From the NCBI RefSeq assembly GCF_009914755.1, contig NC_060932.1: a stretch of DNA of 64,000 nt, one strand, 5' to 3'. Source of the DNA: the human T2T-CHM13v2.0 reference genome, Homo sapiens. A program made the translations under genes and the position numbers. Below are positions 1-15,257 of the stretch, piece by piece (the first letter of the stretch is position 1; the number at the start of each line of letters is the position of its first letter). The notes under the pieces were generated by a model. That model had not been told where the DNA came from and did no database searches. It saw only the letters and a program-made list of their open reading frames with translations.

Positions 1-20
1 CCGTCTCAAAAAAAAAAAAA
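1..20 (+). mobile_element. Alu 3' end/poly(A) tail (truncated by window edge)
   Basis: CCGTCTC followed by an A-run. Confidence 0.85.
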
Positions 21-674
21 GAGGATGATAAACAAATATGGCCAGAACTAGTAACTAGTAAATCTGACTAAAAGATCTACAGGAGTTCTTTTGTATTGTC
101 CTTACGAATTTCCCTAAATTTGAAATCACTTCAAAACAAAAGTTTTCTTAAAAAAGATTTAGCCAGCCTTGTAAGTTCCTTTCAACCCTCATGATTATGT
201 CAAAGAGAAAGTATCAGTTTGGGACTAATATATCTTTTTTTTTTTTGGAGGGGGGACTAATATATCTTTAATATGTTTCTAACACTTCTGAATCTCCTTT
301 TAGTAAAGAGAGAGCACAGGCCTCAGGCTCAGTCTTTGGCAAGCAGCAGTTACTAGCTAGAATTTAATAACATTGTTTTATTTTCATTGTGTTTACTTTG
401 CATTTATTTTCTACTTATGGCAAGTAGTGTAGCATTCCTTGTGTAATAAGATACAAAATTACCTTTTAAGTATATTTATCTAATTTTAAAATGAGTTAAT
501 GTAAAGAAAATATTAATATAAAAGTACAGGTAGTAGTTGGAAGGTAAACATGTGACTTTAATGACAATTGCCTGACATTTAGGAAACACTAGTCTATTCT
601 AAAGACTTCATCTTAGAGATAGGCAAACCAGAACTCTGCAAGTTAGGTGGCTTTGCCCAAGATCACACAGTTCC

Positions 675-731
675 TAGTGATGGAGACAGTCCATTGTCCG
701 TTTCATAGTGATGGAGTCCATTGTCCGTTTC
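675..731. repeat. Short tandem duplication (2 x ~27-31 bp) at the end of a MIR-like fragment
   Basis: TAGTGATGGAG(ACAG)TCCATTGTCCGTTTCA occurs twice. Confidence 0.85.
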
Positions 732-1016
732 AGCACAGCACATTGCTGTGACTTACATCGCAAGAGTACTAAGAGCCAACCCTACAATGAGAAACACAGC
801 TCAGAGTGGTACCAGCTATTATTTACACATGCACACACATGAAAATCAAGCAACTCGCAGCAAAGTCAAGCCTCACTGTTGGTTTAGGTCTTCAATACCG
901 AAACAGTCTTATTTCTTCTTTTTTCACTTCCAGAGTGGCCAATGGACTGGACAATGAGTCATTCCTATGTAGCTTATATAAACAAATTCAAACCATTCTT
1001 TTTAAAAAGCACTCAT

Positions 1017-1218
1017 AGCCAAGTGTGGTGGTGCACGCCTGCAGGCCCAGCCACTTGAGAGGCCAAGGTGGGAGGATTGCTTGAGGCCAGGAGTTTGAGA
1101 CCAGCCAGGGCAACATAGCAAGACTTCCGTCTCCAAAAAATAAAAATGAAACAATTTCTGTCACCAAATTATGAAAATTCAAAAATAAAAATAAAAAAAT
1201 TTTTAAAAAATGTTTAAG
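1017..1218 (+). mobile_element. FLAM/old Alu monomer with degenerate A-rich tail
   Basis: Alu monomer sequence flanked by 13-bp TSD TAAAAAGCACTCA (1002-1014, 1219-1231). Confidence 0.85.
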
Positions 1219-2219
1219 TAAAAAGCACTCACAATCACAGAATTCTGGAAGCTTGGAAGAATAGCTAATTCCATCTTGTAAACAGTTTGAGAAATAGTTG
1301 AGGGAAGCAAAGCTGGGCTTTTACATGTTCCAGGGCACTGGCCCTGCATCCCAGCTCTTGTGCTTACAATTCCTGGAGCTGACAGTTCAAATATTTTCCT
1401 TTTTCTCTAATGTTCTTGCTCTCTTGATGCCATTTTCTACAAATCTAAAGATTTTATTTGGTCTTCAGTGAAAAATTACAACCACTGGGGTGAGTGCTAA
1501 TGGGATGTCTGATCTAGCCCTTTTGCTACTGTCAGGGACTTCAACTCGTAAACTCACTAGCAAGAGGAGAATCCACCCTGCTTAGGAGGGTGCCAGAGAA
1601 GGTCATTTTACAACTTTCAGACACTCATTCTAGCTGGCAAGACAGTTTTCCTCTTGCTAATTGAATCCGCCCAGCCAAGAGTGCATGCACGTCTCTCTTC
1701 GTTCCCTTCTCCGTGGACAGCAATGGCCTCCTGTTTTTGTAAAATAAACTTTACGTGTTTGAAGATTATTCCCGAACTTCCCCTTGACTTTTTCTCTCCA
1801 AAATGGCCTCTTCCTAGTTTTTCCATCTTCATGCAAAAATAACATCTACCAATCTACTTTTTCATCTTTGTGGCTTACCTCTGAGTTTTCATCTTACTTT
1901 TTCCTGTCACTCATAAGTTGTTGAGTCCAGAACAGAGCACAGTATTTTGAGGGCGTGTGTAGTCAGTGCAAAAATGCCCAACATCCCTGCTTCCTTGGAA
2001 GGTCCAAATGCCTTAGAGCCTGCGGGTATCTCCTGGACTCTCCAGGCCCAGGCAAATCTGTTCGGAGGCCCGTGGAGTCCTAGCATGTCTCTGATTATTC
2101 GTGTTCCATCCATACACATTTTAGGTCAGAAACGGTGGAGGAGGAACCTCAGAGACAGACCCTCTAACGTCTTAAATAGAAAGTCCAGTTTAGCACTCAG
2201 GTCACGTGGGGGCCTAGAG

Positions 2220-2554
2220 CAGTGGTCCCCAACGTTTTTGGCACCAGGGACTGGTTTCATGGAAGACAATTTTTCTACAGACACAGGGGAGATTGTTTCA
2301 GGATGAAACTGTTCCATCTCAGATCATCAGGCATTAGATTCTCATAAGGAGCACACAACCTAGATCCCTCACATGTGCAGTTCACAATACAGTTCATGCT
2401 CCTGTGGGAATCTAATGCCACTGCTGATCTGACAAGAGGTGGAGTTCAGGCAGTAATGCTCACTCACCCACTGCTCACCTGCTGTGTGGCCCAGTTCCTA
2501 ACAGGCCACACACAGACCAGTACCAGTCCATGGCCTGGGGGTTAGTGACCCCTG
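2220..2554. mobile_element. MER1B-like hAT-Charlie non-autonomous DNA transposon
   Basis: TIRs CAGTGGTCCCCAAC...GTGACCCCTG; flanks GCCTAGAG/ATCTAGAG fit an 8-bp hAT TSD. Confidence 0.85.
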
Positions 2555-2987
2555 ATCTAGAGGACGACTAAAAGCTTAGCCAGGTCCTAAAGCCTCCACA
2601 GAAGAACAAACTAACTAATTAATTATTAGGGGAAATCAGATATACAGATCACTCTGGACCTTGCCTAACTCTTCCCAAAGTCATCCAATCATCCAAAGCT
2701 GCTGTGCAGAATGGCTTTAGGGGTACTGAGAGATCACAGAGAGACGCCCCTCTCCCCAGCATTATGGAAGAAATTGTATGCTGTGTCTAAATTTCAATTT
2801 CCTTAACACACTTGAGCTCCATTTAGCAATGCTACGTAACACTTGCCCTGCCCACCTGGCAATGGTGTGAGAATGAGTCACATAGGGTGACACTCTGAAA
2901 ACTGGCAAAACCAATGGAGGACAGAGCGGGGTGGGGGCAGCAGGTCCTAAGAGCAAGCTTTGACACAGTCTGTCTCTGAGCTGACAG

Positions 2988-3225
2988 AACTCCTCCAGAA
3001 CCCTGGATGTGTTTCTGTTCACCTGTGGCCTTGGACCTGATGTTTATGTAAGAACTCATGGAGAAGATAAATGTGAACAAGTCATTAAGGAAACTCGTGG
3101 TCTGCCGTATTTCAAAGCCATGCCCTCCCTGGCCACCACGGGCCCATGTGTGCATGAACCCACTCCTCAATACCTCCTCAACAACTGTGGTTGCACCAAG
3201 CAGTGAGTGTGGAGCAGAGCGGCAG
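2988..3225 (+). repeat. Unrecognised local repeat, copy 1 (exon-like)
   Basis: Aligns along its length to 4533-4764 and, inverted, to 5465-5568. Confidence 0.9.
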
Positions 3226-3266
3226 AGTTTCAACACTGTCCTAGCCCTGGACTGTCACTGAGGTCA

Positions 3267-3620
<354 letters not shown>

Positions 3621-3967
3621 GCTTCTATATTCCCTTGGGGCTGAAAGGGTAGTTGTCAAATGGCTGCATATTGTACAATCTACCCAAATGGTGGGAAAGT
3701 TATTCTCTCAGCAGTTTTATGATGATTGCTGGAAGCCTGTGAGTTCAGACTTCTCAGCTCATATGTGGGGAAACTGAGGCCCAGAGAGGGGGTGATTGGT
3801 CCAAGGTCAGACAAGTCGTGGCAGAGCCAGGTCTGAACCTGGCCTCTCTTTCCTTGGCCATTTGGGCTCCCCTTTGGAAATTCTAGACCATCAGCCCACT
3901 AAACAGGACGAGAGAGAGTCCTCCATCTCTCTCTTTGACATCTGACAGATGGGGCATGTCAGCTGCC

Positions 3968-4055
3968 GTTTTCTGGTTCAGCTCAGATGGTGAAGGCAGG
4001 GGAGGGAAGTGGTTTTCTGGTTCAGCTCAGATGGCGAAGTCAGGGGAGGGAAGTG
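3968..4055. repeat. Tandem duplication 2 x 44 bp
   Basis: GTTTTCTGGTTCAGCTCAGATGGYGAAGKCAGGGGAGGGAAGTG twice, 2 mismatches. Confidence 0.95.
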
Positions 4056-4532
4056 GGAGGCAGGGCTGAACGTCATGTGTGTACATTTCACTTCTTTCTT
4101 CGCATTTTGGTTACATTTAACAATGTGTTACCTCTTCACAGAGTCATTTATATCATTTGCAGGAGGCCAAGAATGACATCAACATCTATTAAAACCTAAC
4201 GTTTCATGTTCTTCACTGTAAACACTCACATTGCTTTGTTTCCAGATATAAACGCAAAGTCATTCTCAAGTTGAATGGTTTCTTTCCAAGAAACTTGATG
4301 TTACTGTAATGAAATTTACCTAATTAATCTCCTTAAGGAGAGAAGGAATCTGATGATGACTGTTAATGAAGACCTCAACGTTCTTCTTGTAATCAGAGCA
4401 AGGCAATCTACAGATTCGTTGTGGGAGAGACCATAACTTTCCAAATAAATCTCAGTAAAGCTTTGCAGACAGGGCACTTGAGTTGCTTCCCCACTTGGCT
4501 GGCTTGCTTTCAGCCTCGGTGAGCCCTGTACA

Positions 4533-4764
4533 AACTTCTCCAGAACTCTGGATGTGTTTCTATTCACCCATGTCCTTGGACCCGATGTCTGTGTAAGAAC
4601 TCATGGAAAAGGTGAACGAGTCACGGAGGAAATCCTTGGTCTGCCCTACTTCAAAGCCATCCCCTCCCTGGCCACCGTCTGCACATCGTATGCATGAACC
4701 CACTCCTCAATACCTTCTCAGTAGTTTGGTTGCACCAAGCAGTGAGTGTGGAGCAGAGCAGCAG
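4533..4764 (+). repeat. Unrecognised local repeat, copy 2
   Basis: Diverged direct copy of 2988-3225. Confidence 0.9.
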
Positions 4765-5464
4765 CTACCCTTTGCCAGGGGCTTCCCTGAAGACCAGTGA
4801 AGCCATCCACACAAATGTAACCAAGAATTTCTCCTTGCAAAGGAGCAAAGTGTGTCACCAGGGTATAGGAGGCCACACTGGGATGTAAGGAGAACACTCT
4901 GTCTGTCTCCTGGTCCCGAGATCAAGCGGGCCACAGGAGAAGTGGAACCCACAGGGAGGAGCTTTGTGAGAGATACCACTCTGTAAAGATGTTGAATGAG
5001 TGCTGGCAGTTATTAACCCTGGAACTGGGGATCAAACAGATATACAGGGAATCACTGGGTGGAAGCCTGGGAAGGATGGGTCAGAACAGTGTGGCAGAGT
5101 TTGAGAAGTTATAAAGAAAGCTTAGGGATGCAGCAGGAATCCAGTTTTCAAGGCTGGGGCAGCCAGTCAAGGAGGCAAGTACCCAACAGTAACTGGATCC
5201 TCAGCCCCCGAAAACAGAGCTGAATCTGTTTAAGTCCTTACTGATTCAGGACATGAGCAGACTAGGAAGGCAGGTGGGTCTGGGTTTGCAGATGGCAAGT
5301 GGGATAAAAGATATCAAGGCAGGTAACATGCTAGACTTGACATTATTTCAGCAAACAAGGCCATAAATAGTCCCAGGAGGCCACTAGTGACCTGAGTAGA
5401 CTTTTCAAGAACAGAAGCCTTCCACCACCCCTCCCCATCTTCCATCCCATCAGTGGAAAAACGT

Positions 5465-5568
5465 TGATTCATTCACACTTATCTTTTACATGTGTTCTTA
5501 CATAGCCATCAGGTCCAAGGCCACGGGTGAATAGAAACACACCAAGAGGTTCTAGAGAAGTTTACAGG
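5465..5568 (-). repeat. Unrecognised local repeat, copy 3 (partial, inverted)
   Basis: Reverse complement reads AACTTCTCTAGAACC...GTGTTTCTATTCACCCGTGGCCTTGGACCTGATG...GTAAGAAC, matching the 5' half of copies 1 and 2. Confidence 0.85.
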
Positions 5569-5689
5569 CCTTGGTATGATAACATTCTGGAGTGATTTAT
5601 CCCTAAAAGTTCATGGTGGTCATTCAGTGCTATGTTGCTCCACTACCCTTTTAAGGGATCTGGAATCTGGAACTGGGCTCAGCCTTCAT

Positions 5690-5850
5690 TATAATTGCTG
5701 GTTCTATTATTTGTGTCCCATACTAGATTGCAAGCTCCCCAAGGGCAGGAGGCAGATCGGTCTACTTCTATAGATCAATTTCTGATACAGTGCTAGCACA
5801 GAGTTAGCACTCAAGAAATATTTGATGAATGAATGAACGAATGAATGACT
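5690..5850 (+). mobile_element. L2 3' end
   Basis: CTAGATTGCAAGCTCCC...GCACTCAAGAAATATTTG(ATGA)n tail. Confidence 0.7.
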
Positions 5851-6255
5851 AATGGTGGCAGACAGAACAGCTATGCTCAAGCATCGCCTTCCTCCTTCCT
5901 CATATCACATCCCTGCCTCCAACAACTATGGGGTTGTCTGTGAGACTTGCTTTGGCCAGTAGGATACGGGGGGCCATGACGCAGGCTCGCCTGAGCAGCA
6001 ACCTGAAGTGAATGCATGTGCCGTGGCTCCGCCTCTTGCACTGCTGCTCTCTGCCATGGCTGCATGCTGCTCCTGCAGCCTTTGTTCCAGAACAAGAAGA
6101 TTCGAGAAGATGTGAAAAGGAGACCCAGAATTGGCCCACAGCCTGGAACAGAGCTGTAGTCCATCTGCTGCTCTTGAGTGTTGTGATGGAGACATGAGGA
6201 TTTGCTCTTGGGAAACAGATTTGGGAGTTATTTGTCACCACAGTAAAAGCTCTGA
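5851..6255 (+). mobile_element. Old MaLR LTR (MLT1J/K-like)
   Basis: Degenerate MLT1 motifs and a 3' GATTTGGGAGTTATTTGTCACCACAG end. Confidence 0.55.
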
Positions 6256-7073
6256 CCTTGGAGGAACAAGGCCTCTTCTATTCAATTTCACCCACGTGCT
6301 GGCACAGTGCCTTCAATTCCTTTGTTTTGCCAAAGCCAAAAGCAGATGGCAAAACTTGTACCACCTAGAAAGCAGCCTTTTTGCTGTCTTCTCCCAAAGA
6401 ACACCCAGAGAGCTTCCTCCACCCCCGAGAAACCTAATGGTTAACTGTCAAGGGTGCTTAAAGTGAAAAGTGGTCTGACGGCAAGTTTACATATCATATT
6501 TTAAACATTTACACAGTTTTAAAATAAATGCAAGCTTGAGGCCCTCCCTTTCTTCACCTGCCAGCAAAACATGTTCTCTCCAGTTCTGCAAAAAGCCAGA
6601 GCGTTACTTGGGCACTGGAGGTAGAGTTTTATGTAGAATCTGCCAACAATCTGGTTGAAATCTCAAGGCTTTTCCCTCCACACCAGTCTTTGATTTACCT
6701 TGGGAAGAACATTGAGTATAAAAGGTGCATGGGACTTTGGGCACAAGAAAAAACAGAACAAAAGAATCCTGGAAACACTGGATCTTTTGCTCAGTTCTAC
6801 TGTTACTCACTGAAGTTTTCTATATGATATTAACTTCTGATGAAAAGGGGGAAAATGCAGTCAGATCTATGAGATACCAAACAGCCAAATATTTGGAAAC
6901 AACTCAATGGTTCACATTTTCATCAGAGTCCATAATGACGTCCACCCTCACAGTCTCTGTCTACACTAATATTCTGACAATTCCAAATTCTACACTTCCA
7001 ACCTTGGCTTTTCTCCTGATAGCTGCTTGATTGTTCACAACACTTCAGACTTCCCATTTGAAATGCAACGTTG

Positions 7074-7376
7074 GGCCGAGCACAGTGGCTCACACATGTA
7101 ATCCCAGCACTTTGGGAGGCTGAGGCACGAGGATCACTTGAGCCCAGGAGTTCAAAACCAGCCTGGGAACATGGTGAAACCTTGCCTCTACAAAGAATAA
7201 AATTACCTGGGCATCTTGGTACATGCCTGTTGTCCTACCTAGCTACTCAGCAGGCTGAGGTGGGAGGATTGCTTGAGCCCAGGAGTTCAAGGCTGCAGTG
7301 AGCCATGATTGCACCACTGCACTTCAGACTGGGTGACAGCGTGAGACCCTATCACAAAAAAAAAAAAAAAAAAAAA
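7074..7376 (+). mobile_element. Alu (AluJ-type)
   Basis: Dimer with AluJ diagnostics (GAGCCCAGGAGTTCAAGGCTGCAG), A-tail. Confidence 0.93.
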
Positions 7377-8300
7377 GACCACACACACACAAACAACTTT
7401 GGCCATCCCTTTGAACACTGCATCTTTTCCATCATGACCTTTATTGATTAAGGGAGCACCTTCCACCCAGTCGTCCAAGCCAAAGAGCCAAAGACGGGGC
7501 GTCCTATTGGATGCTTTCTTCTCCCTTGGTCCCTATGTTTATCTGGTGGTTATCGAGTCTTGTGCTGCTATCCCAAACCCTTTGTGGGATAAAGCTGGCT
7601 CTAAAATAGTATTGTATGTACATATACATATTTGCATGAATTATTATGTATGTGTATACTATATATATATATATATGTATGAATATAAAGGCTCTATTTA
7701 TAGTATCTTTGAAATTTTCCTAACACTCTTCTTCTCCATCCCACTCAGCATCCCCTACCCTAATTGTCTTAGTTCATCTGGATGATCACAAAACCTCCTA
7801 ACTGGACCCTGTGTCCATTCTAGCCATGGCCCCCCAACCCATAGTCCATCCTTCAGACCAGAGTCCTCTTCTTAAACACAAACCTAATGACTTAATCTCT
7901 TCTCAGGAAGCCTGCTGTGGCTCTCTGTCAGCTACAGAAGAAAGCTCAAAACATGGAGACATTTGTGCCTGGTCTTTGGGAATTTTTGAGATTCATCTTC
8001 TGCAGGTCTTCCAGCCAAAGCACAACAGCCATTCCAAACTCCAACCATTTTCACACCCTGTTCTTTCCCCCTGTGTTTACCCGTGGGGGTCCCAGCTCAT
8101 CCTTCATGATTCAACTCAAGGACCCCATCTGTTGTGGAGGCTGATCCCTAGCAGAGTGAGGCAGCCCCTCTCTGAACTGTTTAAAGTACTGGGACAGCCC
8201 CAACAGCACGGCTTTTGATGACGTGTTGAGGTGTTTGCCTCCTCTATCAAACTGTGCATGGTGTAAAGTGGCAAATCTGCCCTTGCTGTCTTCATCCTCA

Positions 8301-8755
<455 letters not shown>

Positions 8756-9119
8756 TTATCTAGCCACAGCCTGTGTATCCTTAAGTGGACAAATGACTTA
8801 GCACATTTATTTTCCTATCTGTAAATAAAAATCAGAATGAGAATCCACCAGGCAGATTTTTGTAAATGTTCTTTTAAACAGATGGACAAAAATATGATAT
8901 TCCTCTGACATTATTTCTGTAGGGATGATGACATTTGCTGTATAATTAGAACATGAGGATTCTGGTTAACACTGACATATCTCAGTGACGTCCCGATGCT
9001 GTAATATTAAAGCGGGGGGATGTTAGGGATGAAGAAGTCTAGAAGCGAAGCTCTTTCCTTAGTAATAAGAAAGCTGAAAGGCTTCTTTTTCACCCATGCA
9101 GAGCTCCCAGACTTCTATT

Positions 9120-9370
9120 TTAGTACAGTCATTAAGAGCTTGGACTTTGGAGTCAAACTCCCTTGGTTTGAGTCTCACCTGTAGCACTAACTAGCCCTGT
9201 GACTTTGGGCAAGTAACTTAACTTCTCTATACCTGGATCTTACTATCTGTAAATTAGTATATTAATAGCACCTCCCTCAGAGGTTATTATAAGGGTTAAA
9301 TGAGTTAATGCAGATAAGGCATGGGAAGACAGCACCAGGCAAAACGTAAATGCTGTTTAAGCCATGTTAT
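9120..9370 (+). mobile_element. MIR SINE
   Basis: GTCATTAAGAGCTTGGACTTTGGAGTCA...GTGACTTTGGGCAAGTAACTTAAC core. Confidence 0.8.
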
Positions 9371-9440
9371 TTTCCGCCAAATACTAGGATACATTTTCTA
9401 AGTATCAGAGATGATTAGATCCACTTTAAGTGGCATTGCT

Positions 9441-9807
<367 letters not shown>

Positions 9808-9959
9808 TTATTGTCCACGGCGTTTTACAAAATCCACACAATTTTTACGGCATGTATATGGAGACTTAGAGAAATAGAGCCAGCAGCGGAGAGAGCTTCG
9901 GTGAGTTCATCCTCGGCTCCCTGCTTTCCCAGACGTCCCCCTGGTGTGGGCCTGTGTCA

Positions 9960-9978
9960 CTGCGCCATCTAGTGGACA
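9960..9978 (-). promoter_or_regulatory. CTCF-binding motif
   Basis: Minus strand TGTCCACTAGATGGCGCAG matches the CTCF core CCACYAGRKGGCGC; lies in a locally CpG-enriched non-repeat patch. Confidence 0.75.
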
Positions 9979-11764
9979 CAGCGCGCAGCTGCCGTTGGAG
10001 GCACTCAGACAAGCCAGAGGAAAGGGTTTAAAGCCCTGACTGTCCTGATCCGTCCGGCCAGTTCCCGGATGATCTCATAACACCATCCTCTTGATGTGCA
10101 TCATCAGCACTAATCGTCTGGGACACCGGGAATCCCTCTTGTAAGCCGACAGCTCTACTGATGAGTTCAGCCTCTTCATCCTCTGGCAAAACCGTCTTGG
10201 CAAAGCCAGACAGAGAAGAAAGGAATGAAAACTGACATGACCGTATTTATAGGAGCAAGAAAGAAGCTAGCCAACATTCACCTATATTTTAATCAGCATA
10301 CAACAAAAAAGCCGGCAAGCAGGATGGCCAACGCTGAGCAACTTTTTGACCTCCATTTCTGGCTTCGATGCATTTTGGCACAGGGAAGCCTGGGGCTGAC
10401 AAGGGCTGAGCCGACTGAGGGCTGAATCTCGCTTTATTGAAGTGTTTTTAGAGAAGGCCAACTGCTCTTTGTAGATGATTAAAAGCTTATCCCCCAAGGC
10501 TAGTGAGCACCCTCCTGCCAGTAAGTCAGCTCTGGCGTGCAGGGCATGGGGTATTGAACACCATAATGGGGAGAGAGTATCCACATAAAAACCCAATCAA
10601 AGACGAAGGTTGCTTTTGAGGGGCAATTGGAGACCAATAATCCACCTTGTCTTTATTTTCTATTTAAGGTTTCTGGCCACAGTAACCAGGCAGACCAATA
10701 TTAAACTTGAAATTCAGTGAGTTTTGAATCAACAACTGAAATCACTTGCTTGGGCCCCAGTTCAACGCATGCTGGCAACAGACATATTAACCAAGGAGAT
10801 AGGAATGGGTGAATTCTGCTGTGTCCTGTCCGGGTTCTGTAGATGATCCCTGTATCTCACTGTCCTTGGAAAATTCCTTATTAGTAGTAGAAAAAATAAA
10901 GTCTCCGGGACACTATTTATCTCACACCACTTACTTTTTGATGAAAAACCAATTCCAAATCAAGAAGACGATTTAAGCGGGAAAGGTCTAAAATGATTTC
11001 AAAATAAAAGTTTTAAAAAAATAGAGTATGGAGTGAGAGCTATAGTACAGGCATGTCTAGACATGTAGGTGGATTCTTATGTCTTTCTCTTTTTGCTACT
11101 TTTCAAACCATAGAGTTTAACCCTTGTTCTTTTTAAAGGCCGATTAGAGAAAATAAACTGAATCAAGGCAGCACTTCACGAAACCCCTAAAGGACAAGCA
11201 GATATGGAGCAGTCTCGTTTAAACCGCAGAGGTCTGCAAGAAGGAGGAAAATCTTGCCCTGTCTCTTTGGTGACTAGTGTCCCTAGCCAGGCATCTCAGT
11301 TTAGGTCCTCTGCTGGTTGACCCTATGTGGACACAGGTCCTGCTGAGCCTGGGGCCAAGAGAGCAGGATTTCAAGCTGTCCCTTCTCTCAATAAACTATG
11401 CAGGTCTCAAAGAGGTTAAGGTTACTTAGCTAGTCAGTGGCAGAACTGAGACTCAAAATTCTAAGCTCATGTTCTTAACTTCATTGTATTGCTTCTACAA
11501 AAGGAACATATTTAGGGGAAAATTCACTCATTCAAAAAAATTTTGAGTTCTAACAAAATGTGACAATACCATGGTGAATAAAATATAGCTCTTGCCCCTA
11601 GTGAGTTTGCCATCCAATAAAGAATATAAACAAGTTCAGCAATAGAGACAGAGCAGTGTGGTGAGTGCTATGGGCGGTGGGTCCATATGCCAAGGGCACG
11701 TGACAGGAGGCATCCGAGTCAGCTCTGGAGGGCCAAGGAAGGTTTATTAAAAACTTGACACTGG

Positions 11765-12481
<717 letters not shown>

Positions 12482-13472
12482 TTAGAACATAGGGTGCCTA
12501 TACACAAATAGTGTGCACATGTGCATAGGTGCGTTAGGTGTGCGCTGCATTGGTGAGGGAGGAGTGTGAGTAGAAGAGAAGGAGATGAAACCCATGAAAC
12601 AGGCAGAAGCCAGATCAGAAGGGTCTTGAATGTCGTGCTAAGAAGTTAAGCTTTTAGCTTGAAGGCAATGGACCTTTTATGGCCAGTGAGTATGCTTCTC
12701 CTCCTTATAACCAAAGAAGGGTAACGAACACACACTGGTATCTAGGGAGCCAGGCCAGGTTGAGATTTGTTGATGCAAACTCATGCTTGTCAGCAGTTCA
12801 CTGGCTGTTATTTAACCTCCCACCATGCAGTTTCCTAGTCCTGTCTTGGGGAAGAGAGTTATAAGGTGCTTAAGTCTTCATCCTGGGATAACAAATCTAT
12901 GAAAAGTATCCCAGAAACACCCTGAACAGGGTCTAGGAAACTTGCAGCCCATTACAAGAGCCTCGGAGACTATTTGTAGGTGCAGGGAAACACTGGGCTT
13001 CTACTCCACTGGCTTCCGCAGAGCCTAAGAAAAGCCAAGCACACAGGTTTGAGGGATTGCAGGTGTGAGACACCACACCCAGCCTCTAATTCACTCTTTG
13101 GAGCTCAAACCTGTTTCAGGGCCACAGGGCCACAGGACCAGGCCTACCATATTTCAGGTTGATTGCATGTGCCTCACTGAGCACGTGCTGGGTGGTCGGC
13201 TGCTCTAGACAGCTGTGGAGGATACAGAGAAAGCAAAGGAATGTTCTTAAGGAGCTTGGGGTCTCTGTGGAAATGATGTAGACTCAGGAAACAGTACCCA
13301 AATCTGCGGCACAAATATTTATTTTTGTTGCACTTATTTTACACTTTTTTGCCAGGCACTGCTCCAGGCATTTTTAGACATTGTCACTTTCCCTACAGGG
13401 CTGGTATTGAAGCATTTTACGATTGGGTACAAGATTCAGAGAAGTTCATTTTTTCAGGACAGAAAACCTATA

Positions 13473-13685
<213 letters not shown>

Positions 13686-14765
13686 TCCAATAGGGAGCCA
13701 TGGCATGTTCCCAGGAGAAGAGTAATATAACAATGGTACTTTGGAAAGATTAACTGGATAATGATATTCAGGATATTCTGAAAGTGGAAGAAACTATACA
13801 TTTTATACTCATCTATGCAGAACACAAGGCAGGAGTGTTGCTGTGGAATAAGAAGAGCCTTATAGAGTGAGACGTACGATTACCAAGGAGCCAGAGAAAA
13901 GCTCCTATAAGAGCTGACCCAGTGCAAGTCCAGAGGATGTTCACTGATGACGAATTGTAAATACACATTCACACACACATATGCCCTATTAAAAGTCCCA
14001 CATCCTCTATCAGATCAGAAAAAAATTAAAAGAAAATATGCAAAGTTAGCAAATCTTAATCTGAACTAGTTTAGGTGTTGATAACGTAGGAGTGGCCAAC
14101 CTGCCATGTGAGACAGTTGTAACTGTCTGCCCAGCCCAGCCCCACTCTACCCCTGTCCACAGCCTCTGCTGAGACATGGGCTTAAGTGGCCACATCCTAC
14201 CTGCCTCCGTCTCCAACATATACCTTTTAGACAAGGAACAGATGTCTGACTCACTGGCCAGAAACTAGTCAACTCTCTCTTGAGACTCTGAAGTTCAATA
14301 TGGAGACTGTAATCAGAAATAGGGTGTCCCTGGCTCTGTGCAGTGCCCCACTCCAGTTCCCACGTGGCTTGCACTTTGTATCTTGTGTTCAAGCAATTAC
14401 CTGTCATACACTTATGGGTAATGGCCCTTTCCTTGACCTAGCTTGAATGGAAGTCTGTTCTTCACAACCCAGTGCTTCGCGGCTAAGCGAGCTAGGCTAG
14501 TTGATGCGCTCTGGGCCAGGAGCTGCAAAATGGCAGCCTGCAGGATGGATCACAGATGTGTTTGCTTTGACCCACATGGGGTTGCTATTGTTGTTTTAAT
14601 TTGAATGGTGCTGCCTTTTAGACAGCATATTCCTTTCAGCTCACTTCTGTCCCTCTACCGTCTATCACATTACCATAATGCCTGCACCTCCTCATCATTT
14701 GGCATGACCTGCTTCACTCCTGTAATTACTTGAGCTTGAAATCTTTAATCTAGACCCAGGTAGGG

Positions 14766-14818
14766 GTGTGTGTGTGTGTGTGTGTGTATGTGTGTGTGTT
14801 TGTGTGTGTGTGTGTGTG
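14766..14818. repeat. (TG)n microsatellite
   Basis: Interrupted TG run. Confidence 0.97.
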
Positions 14819-15257
14819 GCAAACTATTCATATTGATGAGAAAACCAACAACAGTAATAGTAAAACAGCAAAAATACTGTCTTGGACCAGAGTTCCCTTT
14901 TATCTTTTCTGTTGTTCAAAAGGAAACACATTTTGTGAGCAAAAACCTTTGGAAACAAGGGAAAATACAGTGTGTAATCAAATAAAGGTACAGTCACGTT
15001 TCCCTGACATACTGCTTGGGGGCCATTATACAACTCAGTGAACAGGTACAATGGCTGCATTATTTGAGATGCTTTTGGTTGCCAGTGGCAGAAATCCAAC
15101 TCAAATAAGGTTTTAAAAGGCAGGGAGTTGAAATCTATTCAGTATCAAAGGAAGAGCTTCTGTAGAAACAAGACTTCAGGAGACAGAGAATCCAGCTCCA
15201 TCACACCTCTCCCTTTCTGTTTCTTATCTCTGCCGGTCTCTTATTCTCTCGATATAT

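Noticed and set aside
1705-1725. REST/RE1-like CCGTGGACAGC
   Set aside because: Only the right half-site; the left TTCAGCAC half is absent.
2988-3225. Triplicated unit as a miRNA or snoRNA cluster
   Set aside because: No convincing long hairpin or correctly placed C/D or H/ACA boxes could be seen by eye.
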